Translations under genes and position numbers: made by a program
Notes under the pieces: generated by a model
The model's input: only the letters and a program-made list of their open reading frames with translations
Told to the model about the DNA's origin: nothing
Databases searched by the model: none
In this document: one piece after another, positions 31,001-40,200 of the stretch
How the letters are laid out: every line of letters begins with the position of its first letter
Numbering within the stretch: position 1 is the stretch's first letter
Source: Bythopirellula sp.
Lineage (GTDB): Bacteria; Planctomycetota; Planctomycetia; Pirellulales; Lacipirellulaceae
Direction of reading: 5' to 3'
NCBI GenBank assembly: GCA_965216565.1
Contig: OZ244170.1
Span: 1,152,001 to 1,216,000 of the forward strand
Length of the DNA stretch: 64,000 nt

Positions 31001-32533
31001 TTAGAGCGGGATATTGCCGTGCTTTCGCCACGGGTTTTCCAGTTTTTTATTTCGCAGCATCGCGAGCGACTTGCAGATGCGTCGGCGTGTTTCGCGGGGC
31101 ATGATGACATCATCAATGTAACCACGTTTGCTGGCAATGAACGGATTGGCGAATTTTTCTCGATATTCTTCGGTGAGCTCTTCGGCGCGAGCTTCGTCCT
31201 GAGCTTCTTGTCGAAAAATGATTTCGACCGCCCCTTTCGGGCCCATGACGGCGATTTCAGCACTCGGCCAGGCCAAGTTGACGTCGCCACGCAAGTGCTT
31301 GGAAGCCATCACGTCGTAGGCTCCGCCATAGGCTTTGCGGGTGATAACCGTGATTTTGGGCACGGTGGCTTCTGCGTAGGCATACAGCAGTTTGGCTCCG
31401 TGCTTGATGATGCCGCCGTACTCCTGGGCGGTGCCGGGCATGAAACCTGGGACGTCGACATAGGTGATGAGCGGGATGCTAAAGCAGTCGCAAAACCGAA
31501 CGAATCGGGCCGCCTTGATGGCGGACTTTATATCGAGGCAGCCGGCCAAGACCAGAGGCTGATTGGCAACGATACCGACGGGATGGCCTTCCATCCGCGC
31601 GAAACCGACCACAATATTCTTGGCGTGTTCCGGTTGGATTTCGAAGAACTCCGATTCGTCGACCGACTTGTGAATGAGCTCTTTGATGTCGTAAGGCTGC
31701 GAAGGATTGTCCGGCACAAGTTTGTCTAGGGAGAGTTCTTCGCGCTCGGGCGAGTCGTCTGTTTGCCAGTGGGGTGGTGCGGTGCGATTGTTGACGGGAA
31801 GGTAATCGAACAGACGGCGCGTCATTTCGAGCGCTTGCATATCGTTTTCGAAAGCCAGGTCGGCGACGCCAGAGTTTGTGGAATGGGTGATGGCACCGCC
31901 GAGCTCTTCGGCACTCACTTCTTCGTGGGTCACTGTTTTCACCACATTCGGACCGGTGACAAACATGTATGAAGTATCTTTCACCATGAAAATGAAGTCG
32001 GTCATGGCGGGGGAGTAGACCGCTCCGCCGGCACAGGGACCCATCACCAGGGAAATCTGGGGAATGACTCCGGAAGCGAGCACGTTCCGCTGAAACACCT
32101 CGGCATATCCGCCGAGCGAAGCGACGCCTTCTTGGATGCGTGCCCCGCCCGAGTCGTTGATGCCGATGATGGGCGCGCCGACCTTCATGGCCTGATCCAT
32201 CACCTTACAGATTTTTTCAGCGTGCGCTTCGGAGAGTGAACCACCGTAAACAGTGAAATCTTGGCTAATGACGAAGGTCAATCGTCCATTGATCGTGCCA
32301 TAACCGGTGACGACGCCGTCGCCGGGAATGCGTTTTTGATCCATGCCGAAGTCCGTACAGCGGTGTTCGACGAACATGTCCCACTCTTCGAACGAACCAG
32401 GATCTAAGAGGACATCAATCCGCTCACGCGCTGTGAGTTTACCCTTGGCATGTTGGGCGTCGATGCGATCTTGGCCACCCCCCAACTCGGCTGCAGCCCG
32501 CTTTTCCGCGAGCTTGCTGACAATATCTTGCAT
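31001..32533 (-). CDS. pccB: Propionyl-CoA carboxylase beta subunit (carboxyltransferase)
   Basis: [54 protein letters not shown]; start at MQDIV (32533). Confidence 0.95.
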   Translation of the reverse strand: MQDIVSKLAEKRAAAELGGGQDRIDAQHAKGKLTARERIDVLLDPGSFEEWDMFVEHRCTDFGMDQKRIPGDGVVTGYGTINGRLTFVISQDFTVYGGSLSEAHAEKICKVMDQAMKVGAPIIGINDSGGARIQEGVASLGGYAEVFQRNVLASGVIPQISLVMGPCAGGAVYSPAMTDFIFMVKDTSYMFVTGPNVVKTVTHEEVSAEELGGAITHSTNSGVADLAFENDMQALEMTRRLFDYLPVNNRTAPPHWQTDDSPEREELSLDKLVPDNPSQPYDIKELIHKSVDESEFFEIQPEHAKNIVVGFARMEGHPVGIVANQPLVLAGCLDIKSAIKAARFVRFCDCFSIPLITYVDVPGFMPGTAQEYGGIIKHGAKLLYAYAEATVPKITVITRKAYGGAYDVMASKHLRGDVNLAWPSAEIAVMGPKGAVEIIFRQEAQDEARAEELTEEYREKFANPFIASKRGYIDDVIMPRETRRRICKSLAMLRNKKLENPWRKHGNIPL

Positions 32534-32755
32534 GTGTGGATCGCAATGGTTAGGAGGGGGCAGTTGAATGGTAGCTAGGGCCTTAATTCTGCGTGTTTTT
32601 AGGCCCTTTATCAAGCCCCGCGAGACTCGGCATTTCCTGGTTGAAGTCCAGGCACGAAGCTTTCCAATGCGCAAATTGAAGCGGAGAGGTGAATTAGTAA
32701 GTGACTTATAAGGATCCATGGATTGAGTGTGGTCTGGAGCCTCTTGCCAAGCAGA

Positions 32756-32920
32756 TTTTTGAACAGGAGTAACGGAGAGAACGGAGAATCGGTACTTAGT
32801 TTGTCGATCTTTTTGTTGGTTACCACTTTGGTTTCAACGCAATCAACCTTTGGACCACACCACCAGAAAAGAATGGGCTTACAGAACTCCGTTGGCTTTG
32901 TTTCCTTCTGTTCAACAAAA
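32756..32920. repeat. Long imperfect inverted-repeat element with about 9-nt periodic arms upstream of pccB
   Basis: TTGAACAGGAGTAACGGAGAGAACGGAG pairs with CTCCGTTGGCTTTGTTTCCTTCTGTTCAA. Confidence 0.7.
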
Positions 32921-33255
32921 GAGATATTCATCGCCGAGACTCTAAACCGGTACGGGCGACGATATGCAGTCCGCGCTTTGATATGGCGAGAACTACGGAG
33001 GGGGGGCTAACGCTGGTAATCGTGCGATATGTGGAAATCTCAAAAAACTCTGAGTTGTTTTACTCCGCTTGAGAGCAACCTCTAACCTCAGCATCTACTA
33101 CAGCTTGCGCCGCTTTCTCAGTTGCTAGCTCCAGCCGAAATTGCATGGTGAGGGCAGAAAAAATGTTGACACCTTAAGGAAGTGGGGTATCACTGTCCTT
33201 CGAGAGGCACCGCCCAACTTTCTCACAGTTGTACGGAACAAGAAGGAGCAGGGAA

Positions 33256-36200
33256 ATGTTTTTAGATTTGATGAAATTGCGCAAGGGGTGCGCGCAGACG
33301 GTTTGTCGTTTCTTTACTGGTCTTAGTAAGAAATCATCTGCCTACCTATCGGCTCAAGGTTTTTCTGGCCGGGGTTTTTCTGGAAGAATTGAAACGCTAG
33401 AGCAGCGTCAAGTTCTTAACGCCGGACCCATCGATGTATCGTCACTGGATAGCGATACTGTGTATGTGTCGACAGACACATTGTCTTTCTCAGGCGAGAA
33501 GGCCGACGCATTCGAGGTCGCCCATAATAGCGATCTAGCGCTCTCAGAGGGAACGGTCTCGCTGGAGTTTAGTGTGGACGCAACGGATGGTCGTCAGACC
33601 TTGTTCAGTAAGGACCACAGTGGTTACCAGCAGGGAGGACACATCACCGCTTGGGTGGTAGACGACCATGTGGAGGTACGTCTGCAGAGTGACAGCGAAA
33701 GTGTGAAGCTGCACTCAGCGGTTGGCTCGATCACCGCGGGTGAAACGCATCAGGTGGCAGTGAGCTTCGGCGCCGAGGGGGCGCGGCTCTACGTGGATGG
33801 GTTGATTGCCGATGCGGAGGTGGACTTCCAGCAGGGGATTGCCCCGAACGACAATTCGCTAGTATTGGGCGCTAGCACGGTGAGCCGCGATGGCGATCGG
33901 CAGAACTTCCGCGATCCACTCGCTGGCGAGATTAGTAGCTTTGTGATCTATGCCGATCAGTACGGCTTGGCCGAGATGGCAGCGCTGGCTGGAGTCGATC
34001 AGTCGCCGCTGGAGACACCGACCGAGATTGATGGAGTGATGACAGGTACCGAGTACCGCGATACGCTGCGTGACTCGTTGGTTGACGGTAGTTACGGCAA
34101 CGACCTAGTGTTCGGTACGAGAGGCAATGATATCCTCAACGGTGGCGCAGGCTTGGATCGACTGAAAGGTGAAGCCGGCGACGATCTGTTGATTAGCCGT
34201 AGTGACGGCTGGGAACCAGTCATTGCCCAGGACTACGATGCGGGAGACGACCCGTATGGGGAAGTCGATCCCGACTCGCGAACTCTCTATCCAGGTCAGC
34301 CGATTGCCTCGGACGATCTGCTGATCGGTGGCAAAGGGGCCGATACGTTCCGGTTCGAGATCTTAATCAATGCCAAAGAGCGGATTCTATTTAAGCATGT
34401 GAACGACGATGGCACGATCGACTGGAAGGGTGTGACAGGCGAGAACCGATTGGTCCACGACCACTGGGTCGATCGGATCGGCGACGAAGTGATTCTCGAC
34501 TTCAATCGCGCCGAGGGCGACAAGATCGAGATCGTTGGCCATACGACGGACGTTTATAAGGTGACGCATCTGGATACCGATGGCGATGGGGTGTTGGACG
34601 CTTCGCGGCTCTACATTCAGTCGAACCAAGGGAATGCCGGCGCCCATAACAAGGATAAGCTCGGTACGGTCACGGTTTATGGCGACTTGGTGCGTGACGA
34701 AGACTATACGGTTGACGCCCATGCCAATTTAGGGATTGTCGAAACGATCGGTGAACTGGCCGAAGCGCTAGCGCCCAAGTATCGGGGACGACCGGTCACG
34801 ACCGATGGCGAGTCGCACTGGCTCTTGTCAGAGGTAGAGGAAGCGGCACTGCCGGAGAACGCGGTCTTCTCGGTGGGACAATCGTTGTCGTTTAATGGCG
34901 AGAAGGCCGACGCATTCGAGGTCGCCCATCATAGCGATCTAGCGCTCTCAGAGGGAACAGTCTCGCTGGAGTTTAGTGTGGACGCAACGGATGGTCGCCA
35001 GACCTTGTTTAGTAAGGACCACAGCGGTTACCAGCAGGGAGGACACATCACCGCTTGGGTGGTAGACGATCATGTGGAGGTACGTCTGCAGAGTGATAGC
35101 GAGAGCGTGAAGCTGCACTCAGCAGTCGGCTCGATCACCGCGGGTGAAACGCACCAGGTGGCAGTGAGCTTCGGCGCCGAGGGGGCGCGGCTCTACGTGG
35201 ATGGGTTGATTGCCGATGCGGAGGTGGACTTCCAGCAGGGGATTGCCCCGAACGACAATTCGCTAGTATTGGGCGCTAGCACGGTAAGCCGCGATGGCGA
35301 TCGGCAGAACTTCCGCGATCCACTCGCTGGCGAGATTAGTAGCTTTGTGATCTATGCCGATCAGTACGGCTTGGCCGAGATGGCAGCGCTGGCTGGAGTC
35401 GATCAGTCGCCGCTGGAGACACCGACCGAGATTGATGGAGTGATGACAGGTACCGAGTACCGCGATACGCTGCGTGACTCGTTGGTTGACGGTAGTTACG
35501 GCAACGACCTAGTGTTCGGTACGAGAGGCAATGATATCCTCAACGGTGGCGCAGGCTTGGATCGACTGAAAGGTGAAGCCGGCGACGATCTGTTGATTAG
35601 CCGTAGTGACGGCTGGGAACCAGTCATTGCCCAGGACTACGATGCGGGAGACGACCCGTATGGGGAAGTCGATCCCGACTCGCGAACTCTCTATCCAGGT
35701 CAGCCGATTGCCTCGGACGATCTGCTGATCGGTGGCAAAGGGGCCGATACGTTCCGGTTCGAGATCTTAATCAATGCCAAAGAGCGGATTCTATTTAAGC
35801 ATGTGAACGACGATGGCACGATCGACTGGAAGGGTGTGACAGGCGAGAACCGATTGGTCCACGACCACTGGGTCGATCGGATCGGCGACGAAGTGATTCT
35901 CGACTTCAATCGCGCCGAGGGCGACAAGATCGAGATCGTTGGCCATACGACGGACGTTTATAAGGTGACGCATCTGGATACCGATGGCGATGGGGTGTTG
36001 GACGCTTCGCGGCTCTACATTCAGTCGAACCAAGGGAATGCCGGCGCCCATAACAAGGATAAGCTCGGTACGGTCACGGTTTATGGCGACTTGGTGCGTG
36101 ACGAAGACTATACGGTTGACGCCCATGCCAATTTAGGGATTGTCGAAACGATCGGTGAACTGGCCGAAGCGCTAGCGCCCAAGTATCGGGGACGACCGGT

Positions 36201-36846
36201 CACGACCGATGGCGAGTCGCACTGGCTCTTGTCAGAGGTAGAGGAAGCGGCACTGCCGGAGAACGCGGTCTTCTCGGTGGGACAATCGTTGTCGTTTAAT
36301 GGCGAGAAGGCCGACGCATTCGAGGTCGCCCATCATAGCGATCTAGCGCTCTCAGAGGGAACAGTCTCGCTGGAGTTTAGTGTGGACGCAACGGATGGTC
36401 GCCAGACCTTGTTTAGTAAGGACCACAGCGGTTACCAGCAGGGAGGACACATCACCGCTTGGGTGGTAGACGATCATGTGGAGGTACGTCTGCAGAGTGA
36501 TAGCGAGAGCGTGAAGCTGCACTCAGCAGTCGGCTCGATCACCGCGGGTGAAACGCACCAGGTGGCAGTGAGCTTCGGCGCCGAGGGGGCGCGGCTCTAC
36601 GTGGATGGGTTGATTGCCGATGCGGAGGTGGACTTCCAGCAGGGGATTGCCCCGAACGACAATTCGCTAGTATTGGGCGCTAGCACGGTAAGCCGCGATG
36701 GCGATCGGCAGAACTTCCGCGATCCACTCGCTGGCGAGATTAGTAGCTTTGTGATCTATGCCGAGCAACTTAGCGAAGCGGAAATTCCCCTATCAAGCGA
36801 AGCGATGAGCAACGCTGCTGTGGATTTGGCAGTGGCTGAGCTTTAA
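33256..36846 (+). CDS. Secreted LamG/concanavalin-like plus RTX calcium-binding repeat protein
   Basis: Planctomycete export motif RIETLEQRQVL; three LamG-like units (HQVAVSF..GARLYVDG, LVLGA); two RTX blocks (GNDILNGGAGLDRLKGEAGDDLL, GGKGADTF); ATG at 33256 after AAGGAG. Confidence 0.85.
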   Translation: MFLDLMKLRKGCAQTVCRFFTGLSKKSSAYLSAQGFSGRGFSGRIETLEQRQVLNAGPIDVSSLDSDTVYVSTDTLSFSGEKADAFEVAHNSDLALSEGTVSLEFSVDATDGRQTLFSKDHSGYQQGGHITAWVVDDHVEVRLQSDSESVKLHSAVGSITAGETHQVAVSFGAEGARLYVDGLIADAEVDFQQGIAPNDNSLVLGASTVSRDGDRQNFRDPLAGEISSFVIYADQYGLAEMAALAGVDQSPLETPTEIDGVMTGTEYRDTLRDSLVDGSYGNDLVFGTRGNDILNGGAGLDRLKGEAGDDLLISRSDGWEPVIAQDYDAGDDPYGEVDPDSRTLYPGQPIASDDLLIGGKGADTFRFEILINAKERILFKHVNDDGTIDWKGVTGENRLVHDHWVDRIGDEVILDFNRAEGDKIEIVGHTTDVYKVTHLDTDGDGVLDASRLYIQSNQGNAGAHNKDKLGTVTVYGDLVRDEDYTVDAHANLGIVETIGELAEALAPKYRGRPVTTDGESHWLLSEVEEAALPENAVFSVGQSLSFNGEKADAFEVAHHSDLALSEGTVSLEFSVDATDGRQTLFSKDHSGYQQGGHITAWVVDDHVEVRLQSDSESVKLHSAVGSITAGETHQVAVSFGAEGARLYVDGLIADAEVDFQQGIAPNDNSLVLGASTVSRDGDRQNFRDPLAGEISSFVIYADQYGLAEMAALAGVDQSPLETPTEIDGVMTGTEYRDTLRDSLVDGSYGNDLVFGTRGNDILNGGAGLDRLKGEAGDDLLISRSDGWEPVIAQDYDAGDDPYGEVDPDSRTLYPGQPIASDDLLIGGKGADTFRFEILINAKERILFKHVNDDGTIDWKGVTGENRLVHDHWVDRIGDEVILDFNRAEGDKIEIVGHTTDVYKVTHLDTDGDGVLDASRLYIQSNQGNAGAHNKDKLGTVTVYGDLVRDEDYTVDAHANLGIVETIGELAEALAPKYRGRPVTTDGESHWLLSEVEEAALPENAVFSVGQSLSFNGEKADAFEVAHHSDLALSEGTVSLEFSVDATDGRQTLFSKDHSGYQQGGHITAWVVDDHVEVRLQSDSESVKLHSAVGSITAGETHQVAVSFGAEGARLYVDGLIADAEVDFQQGIAPNDNSLVLGASTVSRDGDRQNFRDPLAGEISSFVIYAEQLSEAEIPLSSEAMSNAAVDLAVAEL
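33493..36764 (+). repeat. Intragenic tandem repeat, period 1404 bp (468 aa), about 2.3 copies
   Basis: GGCGAGAAGGCCGACGCATTC recurs at 33493, 34897 and 36301; antisense ORFs in the track also repeat at +1404. Confidence 0.97.
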
Positions 36847-36874
36847 TAGTTAAATTGCTTTGCTTCTTCATAGC

Positions 36875-36923
36875 AATGGCCTAGTAGTGCCGGGAGCTAA
36901 TCCCGCGATGCTGCTTGGCCATT
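36875..36923 (+). terminator. Hairpin downstream of the RTX/LamG gene
   Basis: AATGGCC...CGGGA-gctaa-TCCCG...GGCCATT followed by CTTCTT. Confidence 0.5.
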
Positions 36924-37236
36924 CTTCTTAGAATGAAGTGACGATGTACGCGACTTTAAGTCGCGTTGCTCTGTAGACGGCGATTCGACTGCATACATTG
37001 GGAAAACCACACTTCTCTGGGTGTATGATGCGAATTGAGGGTGTCTTTGGGTTGGTTTGCGCAATAATATTCAGGCTTTGGAGTGATCAACTTGGTGTTG
37101 TGTGGACGGTGAATGTGGGGCGATTGTTAACGACGTTGTTTTTGCAACGTTTCCTGTTGGTAGTGTCGTTGCCGACACCGCTAACGCGGGTGGTTGGTCA
37201 ATGGTGTGGCTGGTTTCGATTTGGAATATTTGAAGA

Positions 37237-40200
37237 GTGCCTGAATCTACCCAAACTATCGATAGTCTAAGCGGCTTCCACGAATGCACGCGAACGTGGT
37301 TTGCCGAAGCGTTTGCTGCGCCGACCAAGGCTCAGGACCTGTCCTGGCCACCCATTCAGTCGGGTCAAAGCACGCTGCTCCTGGCTCCCACTGGTAGCGG
37401 GAAAACGCTTGCTGCTTTTTTGGCGGCGCTGGATCGGGTGATGTTTGGGGGCTTGGGTGAGAGGAATATCGACTCTGCTTTGGAGGCCCCCTCCCCTAGC
37501 CCCTCCCCCGCAGACGAGGGAGGAGGGGGATTGCGTGGAGCCGCGCGAGAACGCTCGGTTGAGGCCGCGCGAGATGCGTCGGGTAAGGCTGCGGGTAGTA
37601 AGTCGGCTCGGGCAGGGGTGCGGGTTCTTTATATCTCTCCGCTGAAGGCCCTGGGCGTAGACATCGATCGCAATCTTAAGGCACCGATCGCCGGCATTCG
37701 GGCTGTAGCGCAGCGTTCTGAGACCTCCTACACTGAACCCTCGGTGGCCGTTCGATCGGGGGATACTCCACAACGCGAGCGTCAAGCCATTCTGCGAATT
37801 CCGCCCGACGTATTAATCACAACGCCAGAGTCGCTGTACCTGATGCTGACCAGCAATGCGGAGTCGATACTCGCTTCGGTCGAGACGGTCATCATTGATG
37901 AAATTCACGTCATGGTTCCGACCAAGCGTGGAGTGCATTTGTTTCTTTCGCTCGAACGTTTAGAACGACTGCGAAAGAAGGCGAATGAAAACTGCCGACC
38001 ACTACAACGGATAGGCCTTTCGGCGACACAGCGGCCCTTGGAAGAAGTTGCCAAACTCCTGGGGGGCGGTGTTGCGACGGCTGATCCTGATTTGGCCGTT
38101 ACGCCACGTCCTGTGCAGATTGTCGACGCCAGCGAGCCGAAGAGGTTGGAACTCACGGTCGAAGTTCCGGTGGAAGATATGGCCAGGTTGGGGGACAACG
38201 CTTTCCGAGACGGGAGTAACTCGGAGAGTGGCAACGCCGCGCTGGGTGAGCCGAGCGATGCCTCGATGTTCACGTCGCCGACGCCGCCAAGTATCTGGCC
38301 TGCGATCCATCCTCGGTTGCTCGAATTAATTAACAAGCACCGTTCGACGATGATTTTCGTGAATAGTCGGCGGCTTGCAGAACGGTTGTCACTTGCGATT
38401 AACGAATTGGCCGCCGAGGAGAATCCGGATGTAGGCGAGGTGGCGCTAGCCCACCATGGGTCGGTTGCCAAAGAAAAGCGTGCGGCGATTGAGGATCGGC
38501 TCAAGCGGGGGCAGCTTCCAGCCATCATCGCCACCAGTTCGTTAGAATTGGGTATCGATATGGGAGCCGTCGATTTGGTCATCCAGATTGAGGCACCCCC
38601 TTCGATCGCATCGGGGATGCAGCGAATTGGTAGGGCAGGGCATCAGGTCGGTGAGTCGTCACGTGGTGTGATCTTCCCCAAATATCGTGGCGACCTACTA
38701 GCCTGTTCAGCCGCGACCGGGCGAATGCTGGAGGGGACGGTCGAGGAGACTTATTATCCTCGCAACCCACTCGACCTCATCGGACAGCAAATCGTGGCGA
38801 TCGTTGCGCGGGAGTCGATCTCTGTTGACGATTTATATGCGCTGCTGCGAGGTGCCGCTCCCTATGCCGACCTCCCCCGAGGATCATTCGAAGGCATCCT
38901 CGATATGTTAGCAGGGAGATATCCTTCCGATGAGTTTTCGGAACTCCGGCCTCGCATCAATTGGGATCGTTTGACTGGCGTCTTGTCGTCGCGACGGGGA
39001 ACACAACGCCTGGCTATCCTCAACGGCGGCACGATTCCAGACCGAGGCCTGTACGGTGTGTTTCTCGCAGGCGATGGTCCCGACGGAACCGGTGGCAGTC
39101 GAGTGGGCGAACTCGACGAAGAGATGGTTTTTGAAACTCAGCCAGGAGATGTGTTCTTGCTGGGCGCCTCGACTTGGCGAGTTTTAGAAATCACCCGCGA
39201 TCGAGTGATCGTGGTTCCGGCTCCTGGCGAGCCTGGCCGGATGCCGTTCTGGCGCGGCGATGCACCAGGGCGTCCGATGGAATTTGGCCGAGCGATTGGC
39301 CAACTCGCCCGTGAACTCACTTTCCAGGATGAACAAGACGCTTTGGAGAGGCTGGATCAGCAGCATGCGCTTGATGGCCGGGCAGCAAAGAATCTGCTGC
39401 GGTATTTGCACGATCAACAAGAGGCAACAGGAGAAACACCTAGCGATCGGGCGATCGTGGTGGAATCGTTCCTCGACGAAATAGGTGACTGGCGGGTTTG
39501 TATACTTTCGCCGTTTGGCGCGCGGGTGCATACTCCTTGGGCCATCGCGGTGGCAGCCCAATTGCGTGAATCGGGTGTTGGCGAAGTCGACATGAGCTGG
39601 AGCGACGACGGGTTGATGTTTCGGCTCTTGGAATCGGAGAATCCCCCCGCGGTCGATCAATTCCTACCGCAGGCGTCGGACGTCGAGGAACTGATTACTC
39701 GCCAGTTGGGTTCAACGGCCCTGTTTGCTGCACGGTTCCGAGAGAATGCTGCCCGGGCTTTGCTATTGCCGAAACGTCGTCCGCAGGGGAGGACTCCTTT
39801 GTGGATGCAGCGTCGCAAGAGTGCTGACTTGCTTCAGGTGGCAGCTCGCTATCCAAGCTTTCCGATCTTGATGGAAACCTATCGCGAGTGCCTCCGCGAC
39901 GTCTTTGATTTGCCCGGGTTGATTTCATTGTTGCGGGATGTCGAGCAGCGACGTGTGCGAATTGTGACGGCAGATACTACGGTCCCATCCCCGTTTGCCG
40001 CCTCGCTGATGTTCAACTACACAGCCAATTTCTTATACGAGGGTGATGCGCCCCTTGCCGAGAGAAGGGCGGCGGCCCTGGCACTCGATCACACACAACT
40101 GCGGGAGCTGTTGGGCGATACGGACTTGAGCGAGTTGCTCGATGAAGAAGTGATTGATCAGATCGGACTGGAAGTCGGGCGGCTCGATCGGCCGATGGTC

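Noticed and set aside
32534..32719. N-terminal extension of pccB in the ORF track
   Set aside because: Recognisable PccB sequence starts at MQDIV (32533). Upstream extensions of tnpA, birA and the Tat isomerase were trimmed for similar reasons.
36948..36966. Palindrome ACGCGACTT-T-AAGTCGCGT as a DNA-damage operator for lhr
   Set aside because: It is about 270 bp from the start, I saw no second copy near polX or the other repair genes, and I know no matching motif.
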